Of a DNA stretch of 64,000 nucleotides, positions 49,732 through 60,536 are shown one piece after another. This DNA is from Mobula birostris (lineage: Eukaryota), in contig NC_092393.1 of NCBI RefSeq assembly GCF_030028105.1, positions 47,378,125-47,442,124 on the forward strand, written 5' to 3'. How positions within the stretch are numbered: position 1 is the first letter of the stretch; each line of letters starts with the position of its first letter. Below the pieces are notes generated by a model. The model saw only the letters and a list, made by a program, of their open reading frames with translations. It searched no databases and was not told where the DNA came from. The position numbers were made by a program, and so were the translations under genes.

Positions 49732-50285
49732 TGTTGTAGCGTGGATGAAATCACTGGAGAGACAGAGTTACTGGTAGATACGAAGCAGCTTCTTTATTCG
49801 ACACAACAAGGTACAACAGGTATCATACGGATGGAGATGCTTTCCGTAGAAAGGTCTTCTAGCCCAATGTGGGCTCGATATTTATATGCTAAACATAAAG
49901 GCAATCGCTACTTACAAAGTTATAGACAATGCTTCCTTTTGAAGCTACACACAAAACATCACAACTTCTGACTTCATCCTTTCCTCCCGACGGCAACATG
50001 TCTGGGTTGGTACGCACAGCCTTTAGGAGTGCAAGTCAAATTCACAATACATTTATTTGGTATTTTAAGTGCTAACACAGAGGACAATTAATATTCTGAA
50101 GTATAGATAATACTATCTTCGAAACTACCTGTAAACTTCCCACTTCCATCTGCAGCGTCTGGCTAGTATTCAGATATTCACAGCTTTTAGGAAATGCATT
50201 GTTGTGAATTCAATCCACAGTACTTTGTCAAACAGCAGACTGGTAGCCAGAGTCATTTAAGTGTAAATGGATATACTACCCAACA
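49732..50285 (-). mobile_element. Probable solo LTR (554 bp)
   Basis: TGTTG...CAACA termini. On the minus strand TATAAATA (about 49879-49886) precedes AATAAA (about 49792-49797). Flanks agtcg/actca match only 3/5. Confidence 0.7.
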
Positions 50286-50604
50286 ACTCACTCTAACAAG
50301 TCGCACCAATTTTCTACTATCTCCTCTTTGAAAGACAACAGCTCATATCACTATCATCCTCCACACTTCACCTGAGTGGACATACTGTACATACAGCTTG
50401 GACTGTGAATAGCTCCAGGTTATTGAAACACAGGGTGGCAACAATCAACACTGAGTGGATAGACTTCCCATACTTTAACATGGAACTTCAATGAGTCCTT
50501 TCCCCAGGTAAATGCTGCTTGACCCGTTGGAATTCCTCAGGGGATTATTGCTTCCTATATTTGTTTGTTTATCAAACTAAGAAATTAAGAATAAAAGCCA
50601 TTTT

Positions 50605-51025
50605 TAAAAAGTACAGGGGCAGAATTAGGACAGACACACTTTCCAGCTTATAAGATCTTGGCTATTCTGATCTTGGCCACTTTCCTACTTGTTTCCAACC
50701 ACTGCTGACTCCAATATAGTCCAAAAATCTGTCTACCTCAGCCCTGAATGAATTCCGTGACTAAGTCTTTACTGGTTTCTAAGGCAGGGTTCAGAAATTC
50801 ATGGCCCATTTGAGTGATGAAAAGCCCTCTTACTTCTTTCGTAAATGAGCGGTTCCTTATGTTGAAATCATGCCTCTCTGTTCTAGATTCTCTCATAAGG
50901 GGAACATCTTCAAAGCATTTATCTGCTCAAGCTCCCTCGGAATCTTCTGTTATTCAATCAGCATTCCCTTCGTTCTTTCTATCTCCAATGTGTATTGGCA
51001 CAACATGCTCATGTTCTCTTAAACT
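50605..51025 (-). mobile_element. Old CR1 3' fragment
   Basis: catgcctctctgttctagattctc, ttctttctatctccaatg; reverse CR1 RT C-terminus and 3' UTR. Confidence 0.65.
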
Positions 51026-51549
51026 GTACATTATCAAAGCAAGATTTCTGAACGGTCCATGAACCCACAAATACTACCTCAATATTTTACTCTCTTTTTG
51101 CACTACTTGCTGTTTATGTATATATTTCTTATTATTATTTATAGTATGTTTTATGTATTGCACTGAACTGCTTCCACGAATCAACATGTTTCATGATATG
51201 TGCTAGTGATAATAAAACTGATTCTCATTTTGATGAGGAATGTTCCTGCAGTTTTTTTTTGATGCCATAGGCAGAATTCTTGCAGGAAATTTTGCCCCAA
51301 TGTTTGGCTTCACATTGCTCTGCACTGCCTATCATAATAACCAGCGGATTCCTGTTCCTATGTCTGGACGCCATGAGTCATCTGAGGATAGCGTATACAG
51401 GAAATGTGGGTGGGAGTGAGAGCGTACCCTCAGGGGAGTCTCCTCATCTGCAGTCAAACACAAAGAAAAGAACGTCACCCTCTTAATCTAACACAAGTTC
51501 AATCCTGTATAAGAAATTAGCGCGCATGATCAGTACACCAAAGTTTCAA

Positions 51550-51815
51550 AACCAACTGCGTGTGAAATATGTGGGCTTCTGTTAGTTCTAGTGGCGGTGC
51601 TCTGTAGAATAAAGAAACTGTGGCGGACAGGGAAGGGTGGGCTTGCCTCATGACATGTCCACCAGATGATTGTGGTGTTTTTCATGGCAGTGTTCTCCGC
51701 ACAGATGGTGAGAGAGACTCAACAACTGCCAGGTGGGAAGTGAAATATGTGTGCTTAGCTGGGCAGCACCAGCCTGAGGTTTTATCTGTTTACTGTTGGC
51801 TCACAAGTGCTCTGC
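51550..51815. promoter_or_regulatory. Candidate haematopoietic/lymphoid enhancer (motif cluster only)
   Basis: E-boxes CAGATG 51663 and 51702, CAGGTG 51730; RUNX TGTGGT 51671; ETS-IRF composite GGAAGTGAAA 51736-51745; GATA TTATCT 51782; FOX TGTTTAC 51787; MYB-like CAACTG 51553 and 51723. Lies in non-repeat DNA. Confidence 0.4.
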
Positions 51816-51847
51816 AGAAACGATCACTATCCGAGCGAGCAGATACT

Positions 51848-51926
51848 GTGAGTGAGTGTGCCTGTCAATGGGTGTGTATGTGCATGCTGTGTGTGCGTGG
51901 GTGTGTATGTGCTTGTGTGTGCGTGC
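51848..51926. repeat. Degenerate (TG)n microsatellite
   Basis: gtgtgtatgtgcatgctgtgtgtgcgtgggtgtgtatgtgcttgtgtgtgcgtg. Confidence 0.85.
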
Positions 51927-52657
51927 TTCTCTGAGAGGCTCAAAATTGCTATTAGAGATCAAATATCCAAGTCTTTGATACTAATTCAACCTTAACTCAT
52001 TAATAACAGTTGTATAAAATATTAAGTATGAAGAGGGTGTGCATCTTAAATGGCCACATTCTACATCCATTTTTGTGTGTGCATGCGTCCTTCGTCTACT
52101 CATGAGGTCATGCAGAATATTGTAAGTTTTTAATGTAAACCACCGTGCCAGTTACAGATCATTTAATGTGAAGGATCATTTTTTCAAACAATCTTCTTGG
52201 TATTTTTATGGGATTTATATGCAGACAAAATCAACCAGTCCATGTCGTGTCATTTACAAATGATTGGACCAAAATATGAACAACTGTAATCCATTTTAAA
52301 CAAAAACATACAGAGTTCTGTTAGACTTGGGGCATAATTTCATCCCCAAAGGTATTAAACACACTACACAGTAGTGTCAGGGTATTGCTCTCCACATCTG
52401 ATACGCAGTTTGAGAGCAAACTGGAATTTCAGCCACAGAGGCTGCTGTGGTACTGCTGCCATTTAATACTTCTGACAACAAATGATTTTCCAAATAAGTA
52501 TATCTTTATTTGCTTGCTACTTTGTTGTTTTATAATTCAAACAGAGGAACAAAGTCTCTGCCCCTCAGTAGGATAATGTCGTATTGCTAAAGTTCTTAAT
52601 GATCATACAACACACTGAGACTGTCAGATCATTAAATCTGGATTAATATTTTCTGAA

Positions 52658-54085
52658 AACATAAGAAATAGCAACAGGAGTAGGCCATCCGGCCCATCGA
52701 GCCTGCTCTGTCATTTAATAAGATCATGGTTGATCTGGAAACGGACTCAGCTCCACCAACCTGCCTTTTCCCCATAATTCTTAATTCTCCTACTATACTA
52801 CAATCTATCTAATTGTGTCTCAAATACACTTAATAAGGTACTCTCCACTGCTGTTCTGAGCAGTGAATTCCATTAATTCGTTAGTTTTTGGGAAAAGCAT
52901 TTTTTCCTCTTCTCCATTCTAAACCTAGTCCCCCAAAACATGAGGCTATGTCCCTCGTTCTATTCTCACCTACCAGTGGAAACTACTTCCTCTCTTATCT
53001 ATCCCATTCATAATTTTACATGTTTCTATAAGGTCCTCTGTTATTCTTCTGAATTCCAGTGAGTATAGACCCAGATATCTCAGTCTCTTCTCATTGGCTA
53101 ACCCCTCATCTCCTAAATTAGTCTGGTAGTTAAAGACACGGTACATCATTAAAGACCCTTCACACCCTCTCCATGAACTGTTTGTTCTTCTGCCATCAGG
53201 CAAACGTTACAGGAGCATCAAAACTAAAACCACAAGGCTACTAAACAGCTTCCTCCCACGGGCAGTCAGACTGCTAAATAGCTGCTCCACCTGACTCTGC
53301 TTTGGACACTTTTAACTTGCACCGGACACTTATATCTGATTTTAATGGACATGTGGCTGTTGTGTTTTACTATTTATTGTTATGTTTATTATTTAGTGCT
53401 GCGTTTGTTATGTTATGATTGCACTGCCCCTGAGAAACGCTGTCTCATTCTGCCCTGCAGAGCTGATGTATGGTTAGAATGACAATAAAGTTTTTTGAAT
53501 CTTGAATCTTTGAATCTTTAAATCTCTGCACTGCTTCCAAAACCAGTATATCTTTTCTCAGGTAAAGGAACTAGAACTGCACCCAGTACTTCAGGTGCGG
53601 TCTTACCGGTACTCTGCACAGTTGAAGCATAACCTCCCCGCTCTTAAATCAATCCCTCCAGCAGTGAAGGCCAACATTCCATTTACTTTCCTGGTAGCCT
53701 GTTACACTTGCAAATCAAGCTTCTACAATTCATTCTCAGGCACTCCCAGGTCTCTCTGCACGACAGCACGCTGTAATATTTAACTATTTAAATAGTAATC
53801 TGATCTTCTGTTTTTCCTTCCACATTAGATGACCTTGCATTTATCAATATTGTACTCCATCTGCCAGACTCTTCCTCATTCAGTTACCCTATCAATATCT
53901 CGCTGCAGACCCTCCACCTCCTCTGCACAATCGGTTTTCCTACTTCATTTAGCATCATCAGTAAACTTAGGTGCACTATAATTTGTCCCTTCTTCTGAAT
54001 CATTAATATACCTTGCGAAAAGTGCGGGCCCAGCACTGACCCCGACAGAACTCTGCTCTACCTTGATTGCCAACCAGAGAAGATG
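52658..54085 (-). mobile_element. CR1 3' portion interrupted by a Rex fragment
   Basis: aacataagaaatagc tail; LRYLGLYSLEFRRITEDLIETCKIM; RT region up to gggcccagcactgacccc (GSVLGP reversed). Confidence 0.9.
53133..53520 (+). mobile_element. Young Rex1/Babar 3' fragment
   Basis: IIKDPSHPLHELFVLLPSGKRYRSIKTKTTRLLNSFLPRAVRLLN and a (gaatctt)n tail. Confidence 0.92.
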
Positions 54086-54295
54086 GAGCTGTAATGCTCG
54101 ACAGAGCAGTCCCCCAATCCAGGTTGGGTCTCACCAATATACAGTAGAGGGTACAGTAGATGACAGAAGTGTTGCCTCACCTGGAAAGACAGTTTGGGGC
54201 CCTGAATGAAGGTGAGGGAGAAGGTGAATGGGAAGGTGTAGCACTTCTGCTGCTTGTAGGGATGAACGCCAGGAGGGAGATTAGTGGGGATAGAC
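54085..54295 (-). mobile_element. Penelope GIY-YIG endonuclease fragment
   Basis: QGPKLSFQVRQHF..LLYIGETQPGLGDCSVEH in ORF 54058-54306. Confidence 0.85.
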
Positions 54296-54534
54296 TCTGC
54301 AGACAAATCTTATTCTCATTACAACTCTACCTTAATGAGAATTAAGTATGAAATCATATTTCCAGAGTGATTTTAATCCAACTTTGGCAGTGAAGATACG
54401 GAAGATGTGGAAGCATGGAAGTGAAGACTTGGGTTTCTCGAAAGTTGCAAGTAGACTTCCGTTATATTTCTAGCAAAGAAATTCCAGAAAAGCACAACAA
54501 TGCAGCTGTTGACCTCAGTTCTATTCAGTACTGT

Positions 54535-54800
54535 CCATGTGGAGTTTGCAAATTCACCCTTTGATTGTGTGGATTTCCTCCTGGTGCTCTGGTTTCCTCC
54601 CACGTCCCAAAACCATGTGGAAGGAGGGTTAACTGACCACTGCAGATTCTTCCTAGTAGGTAAATATGCTTTAAAATCTGGAGAAGGCAACCTAATGTGC
54701 ATGCAGGTAGAATAAAATGAGTTTAATTTGTGAATTATTGCCAATGGATTCCTGATGGACAAAATGGACTCAATGGCCAAAAGTTCTATTTGAATGTTGC
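54535..54800 (+). mobile_element. V-SINE, 5'-truncated
   Basis: gtggagtttgca...ggtgctctggtttcctcccacgtcccaaaac V-domain. Confidence 0.8.
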
Positions 54801-55282
54801 GTCATGACTCCATGTCTCCAAGGAAATTTCAGGAATTTTATCAGCTGAAGTCATGAGTTCTTGAAACATTAATGACCCATGCTGCTTTAAAGGACTTCAG
54901 CTATTTGACCTATGGAAATCAAAACATTCACCTAATTTCACATATTAAAACAGACACTACAGATAAAATAATAAGCTGCATTATGTCTGTACTTCCCTGA
55001 GGTTGTGAATTGTGCTGTATCAAAATAAGTCGTTTTTTTCATCCTCCTAAGCCCAAAGATGTGCAAGATTGGAAAGTCTAATAGAACACTATGTAGTTTA
55101 CACTGAAGTTGTAGCATGTACCTTTTATTTTCAAGAGATCTGTTAAAAAATGACAATATTAAATTGAAGCTTGCTGAACTGGACAGAGAAAAGAAATATG
55201 GAAGTGTAGGTATGTGATTCTGCACAATTTCTTCTACAGCATCCTGCTTCTGGATAGCCAAGTCTAAATACCATGTGTGCCA

Positions 55283-55567
55283 AAGTAGTGTAGCAGTTAA
55301 TACAGCGCTACTACAGCTCGGGCCATTGGAGGTTGGAGTTCAATCCTGGTGATTCCTGTACATTCTCCCAGTGGAATGCGTGTGTTTTCAACAGGTGGTC
55401 CGGTTTCCTCCCAGTCATACTAGCTAGTAGGTTAATTGGTCACTAAAAATTGTCCCATGATTAGACTAGGTTTAAATCAGGGGTTGCCGGGGATAACCAG
55501 CCAGTGCGGCTCAGAGGGCCAGAATGGCCTATTCTGCACTGTATCGCTAAATAAATAAGTAAATAAA
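55283..55567 (+). mobile_element. HE1-like V-SINE, full length
   Basis: A-box-like tagtgtagcag, B box gagttcaatcc (55336-55346), V-domain, CR1-type tail gggccagaatggcctattctgc and (taaa)n. Confidence 0.9.
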
Positions 55568-55776
55568 TACCATATCAATTCTCTCTTTCTTTGCCTTTTC
55601 CAAACCACAGGTTAACAATCAGCACACTCCTTCACAAGTGTTTTGACTAACAAGAAGAAATGCATCATAAATTCCTTTTAAAATCATCCGCTGTGATCAT
55701 CCACAAGCAACTTCAAGCCAAAGCCAAAGAGTCTGCACATTTTTTGCACATTTTCTGCTTGGAACTAATTAGAAAA

Positions 55777-55828
55777 CTTCATCCCTTTAATCCCACTAGG
55801 TTTCCTTCATCTCTTTAATCCCACTAGT
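55777..55828. repeat. Short tandem duplication
   Basis: cttcatc(c/t)ctttaatcccactag occurs twice. Confidence 0.85.
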
Positions 55829-55899
55829 GATGCTGGCAGTTCATCTTTTGTCCAATGCAAATACTTTCAAGGTATCCTAGATAGAGAACTGTCGGGAGA

Positions 55900-57348
55900 G
55901 CTCAAGATATTTTCAATCTCTCACCGCTGCAATCAGAGCTTCTCAGCTGCTTCAAAAGAGTGACAATCACATCAGTGCCCATGAAGAGCAGGGTGAGCTG
56001 CCTCAATGATTATTGCCCAGTTGCACTCACATCAACTGTGATGAAGTGCTTTGAGAGGTTGGTCCCGACCAGAATCAACTCCTGCCTCAGCAAGGACCTG
56101 GACACCCTGCAATTTGCCTATCATAATGATAGGTCTACGGCAGGTGCAATCTCATTGGGTCTCTCATCGGCCTTGGGATCACCTGGACAATAGCAATGCC
56201 TACGTCAGGCTGCTGTTTATCGATTACAGCTTAACGTTCAACAGAATCATGCTCTCAGTGTTAGTCAACAAGCTCCCAAATCTGAACCTCTGTACCTCCC
56301 TCTACAACTGGATGCTTGACTTCCTCATCAGGAGACCACAGTCATTGCGGATTAGAAATAACATCTCCTCCGTGCTGAAAATCAACACTGGCACACTTCA
56401 AATTTAGCCCGCTATTCTATTCTCTCTACACCCACGAGTGTGTGGCTCCACACAGCCCAAACACCTTCAATAAATTTGCCAATGACCCAACAATTTTGCC
56501 AGAGTATTAGATGGTGCTGAAAAGGTGAACTGGACTTAGATAAATCAGCTGGTTGAAAGTTGTTGCAGCAACAACTTTGTACTAAACATCAGTAAGACCA
56601 AAGAATTAATTGTGGACTTTAGGAAGGGGAAGTCGAGAGAACACACACTAGTCCTCATCGAGGGATCAGAAGTGGAAAGCGTGAGCAGTTTCAAGTTCCT
56701 GGGTGTCAACATCTCTGAAGATCTTTCCTGGCCCGATGTATTGATGCAATTACAAAGAAGGCATGACAGCAGCTACAGTTCGTTAGGAGTTTGAGGAGAA
56801 TTGGTGTGTCACTAAAGACTCCTTGCAATTTTTAACAGATGTACCGTGGAGAGCATCCTAACTGGTCGCATCGCTGTCTGGTATTGTGGGGCCACTGCAC
56901 AGGATTGGAAAAAGTTGCAGGAAGTTGTAAACTCAGCCAGCTCCATCATGGGCACTAACCTCCCCAGCATCGAGGACAACTTCAAAAAATGATGCCTCCA
57001 AAAAATGGCATCCATCTTTAAAGACCCCTATCACCCAGGACATGTCCTGTACTCATTGCTACTAACAAGGAAGATGTACTGGAGCCTGAAGACACAGACT
57101 CAACTTTCTATAAATAACTTCTTTCCCTCTACTATCACATTTCTGCATGGACGGTGAACCTGTGTACATGATCTCACATTTTTTCCCTTTTTTTACTGTT
57201 TTTCTGCACTACTTATTTAATCTTCTTATATTTCTTACAGTAATTTATAGTTTGTTGTTATTATTATGTATCGCAATGTACTGCTGCCCCAAAACAACAA
57301 ATTCCATCACGGACACCAGTGATAATAAACCTGATTCTGATTCTGATG
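55900..57348 (+). mobile_element. Rex1/Babar LINE, RT through 3' tail, degenerate
   Basis: CLNDYCPVALTSTVMKCFERLV..DTLQFAY, YVRLLFIDYSLTFN, SSFKFLGVNISEDLSW; tail gataataaacctgattctgattctga. Confidence 0.95.
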
Positions 57349-58754
57349 TTGTGGAGATCAAAGTACCGAAACATTTTCAAAACTACTAAGCTAAGCTTTG
57401 GACTGATATATTAAACATCTTCGTTGCAATGTGAAAAAGAAAATCTTATAAAGAGTGATTTTATGAATCGAGACAAGATACTTACGCTAAAAATACTTCG
57501 CATTTCCCAGATGACCATGTGGACTGCAGCTATACCTGTAGGAAGAGTTGTTTAAACCACGTGTTTAAAATCAGACAGATTGATTGTTAGAAATGAGAAC
57601 ATGATGGTGTTAGTATTTAGGAAGGTTGGAAGCAAATGGGATAAAAGACCTTCCTGAGTCAAAGCCGTCTTTTTATTCTGTGTTTATTTCAATGTCTCTC
57701 TTTGAAGCTCCCATCCTCCAGAAAATCCGTTTGCAATCTGCAGATGGCATTTCTCTGCCCTGTGCTATTAACATATTGTGCCTTAAATTAATCTCTTAAA
57801 TGTGGCAAATTAATCTATTGCAATCACTTGAAGTAATTTGTAAATGTACTTTGAGTGCAGTATCTCAACAAATTTATGACAGATCGCTAGTTTAGTTCTT
57901 TTATGTTTCTGAATACATTATGCTTCAATTTTTGTAGTCACTTCACTGAAGCTTAAATTAAAATTAATGCCTTGAATAGGGAGCAAATTAAAACTCATGT
58001 GGTTCAAGTGCACTGCCTAACATGGCATTAGTGTTTTCCATGAGGAAACAACAGCATGAAATCAGGCAACAAATCAAATAATGTAATTTCTCCCACAGAG
58101 CAGCAAGAATGCATGGAATTCATCCCCAAGACCACAGTGACGAATGATTCAAAGAACATACAAACTGCAAGGTCAAAGGCCTGGATAGAAGAACTTTTCC
58201 TTTTGAGTTACACCACAGGCTTTAGCACTGTGAAGGGATTTCAAACTTAGGGTGAATCCTTGAGGACTGAGTAGAAATGAATTATGAAACCTCGCTGGAT
58301 TGTATGTTAGCTCGTGTGAGCGGCATTATCCCATATTAATAAACCCACCTGTTAAATTCAACATATGCAATACTAATATGCACCCTGCTCAGAGGAATAG
58401 TATCCAAACTTGTCTCTACAGGAGTAAAACCAGGTAATACATGATCACAGTGATTGATTGGAATCCTACTGTTTTAAATGGAACGCGCTGGGGACAGGTG
58501 TCTCCTAATACATTTTCCTTATATCCTCTGGTGGTGGAAGAGCCACCAGAGTACTCCTCGTGTAGACAGTTCTGACAAGATAGATTAGGATTGTCAGGAT
58601 TGTTTGCTGATACAAAATCTAACTAGCAGGACATTTCCATCAAAAAATATTAGATTATGAAAAAAGTTAAAATGGAAATTATCAGCCTGGTAAAGCCATG
58701 AAGCTGAGAGGATTGTCTCTCCAAACAGAAGTTATAATTTACCACAATACAAAA

Positions 58755-60198
58755 TTCAAAGTTCAAAATGCATTTTTGATACATTTTTATTGAAGTGTGT
58801 ATACATTACTCAACCTTGAGATTCGTCTCCTTACAGACAGCCACACAAAGCAAGAAGCTCAAAAGAATCCATTAAGAAAAAAATCCAACCAACTCCAACG
58901 CGCAATAGAGAGAGAAAAAAAAACACAAATCATGCAAACAACATTCAGAATGAAAGTGAGTCGTCAGGCATGAAGTCCGGTGCAGCCAGAGTGGGCCCAC
59001 GGTTTCAGCCTCAGTTCATCACACAGTGGAGCAAAGCATCGCAGAGCCCACAGGCACAAAGTCTGAAGCAGCCAGAGTGGGCCCACAGCCTCAGCCTCAT
59101 GGTAGTGGAGTGCGGAGCCAACGTCACAAAGCAATGAGCAGAACTGGCCCACCCTTGCTTTCGGTCCCGGCACCCTCCGTCCGTCCTGCCGCTTAAATAG
59201 TCCAAACACTGGGTCGCACCTCACTCCAGGGCCCTGGGCCCTGTCTCATTGACGTGCTCTGGGCCTGGATCCTGCTACCACGTTCTTGCCCGTACCTGAC
59301 TTTTCCAAGTCGGCCCAGTGCTTAGATCGATCAATCCTCGCTCTCGGTTTAGGTGGCCGGCTCCAAAACTCCTTCGCTCTAACTTTTCTGCGCTCTACTT
59401 GCTCAAACTCCGTCTCTGACTCCGACTTAGTCATAGGCATAGTCATACTTTATTGATCCCAGGGGAAATTGGTTTTCGTTACAGTTGCACCATAAATAAT
59501 AAATAGTAATAAAACCCATAAATAATTAAATAGTAATATGTAAATTATGCCAGGAAATAAGTCCAGGACCAGCCTATTACCTCAGGGTGTCTGACCCTCC
59601 AAGGGAGGAGTTGTAAAGTTTGATGGCCACAGGCAGGAATGACTTCCTGTGACGCTCTGTGTTGCATCTCGGTGGAATGAGTCTCTGGCTGAATGTACTC
59701 CTGTGCCCACCCAGTACATTAAGTAGTCGATGGGAGACATTGTCCAAGATGGCATGCAACTTGGACAGCATCCTCTTTTCAGACACCACCATCAGAGAGT
59801 CCAATTCTATCCCCACAACATCACTGGCCTTACGAATGAGTTTGTTGATTCTGTTGGTGTCTGCTACGCTCAGCCTGCTGCCCCAGCACACAACAGCAAA
59901 CATGATAGCACTGGCCACCGCAGACTTGTAGAACATCCTCAGCATCGTCCGGCAGATGTTAAAGGACCTCAGTCTCCTCAGGAAATAGAGATGGCTCTGA
60001 CCCTTCTTGTAGACAGTCTCAGTGTTCTTTGACCAGTCCAGTTTATTGTCAATTCGTATCCCCAGGTATTTCTCCTTGAGCAGGCCTTGACCTCGCATCA
60101 AACCTACGTGCCTCAACCCTCGAGTCAGCCGTGTCTTCGCTCACCTCTTCATTGTTCATTGTTTGTTTGCCTGCCTTCAGCAGCACCACCTTAAACTG
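58755..60198 (-). mobile_element. Non-coding retroposon with Rex-type tail, interrupted by a young Rex1
   Basis: Tail ttcaaagttcaaa..caaccttgagattc. Minus-strand 5' end taaggtggtgctgctgaaggcaggcaaacaaacaa resembles 22010-22060. Internal duplication at about 58970-59110. Confidence 0.7.
59428..60071 (-). mobile_element. Young Rex1 LINE, 5'-truncated, sister of 48863-49650
   Basis: ORF 59577-60116 KYLGIRIDNKLDWSKNTE...RCNTERHRKSFLPVAIKLYN, open to the natural C-terminus; (ctatga)n tail. Confidence 0.95.
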
Positions 60199-60536
60199 GA
60201 ATGAACTGAGAGAAGCATTTCCATTGTGAGCTGACAATGCAAAGCTGGAGTTATTCTCCAAAGAACAAAGAAGGTTGAGAACTGGTTTGATGGCTCTTTT
60301 TGTACAAGATTATGAAAATCAGAAAAAGGTGCAGATGATGGAAATCTGAAATAAAAACAGAAATTGTTGGAGATACATAGTAGATTAGGGAGTATTGCAT
60401 TGAATATTGAACACGACAGCACAGTACAGGCCCTTTGCCCCAAGATGTTGTGCCAACTTTATGCCTTACTCCTTATCAACCTAACCCTTTCCTCCTACAT
60501 AGTCCTACATTGTTATATCATCCATGTGCCTATCTC

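Noticed and set aside
55283-55350. tRNA gene-like A/B boxes
   Set aside because: Head of a V-SINE; no cloverleaf, and it continues into the SINE body.
58526-58551. Hairpin ctctggtgg...ccaccagag
   Set aside because: A 9-bp stem is within chance expectation in 64 kb, and intrinsic terminators are irrelevant in vertebrate nuclear DNA.
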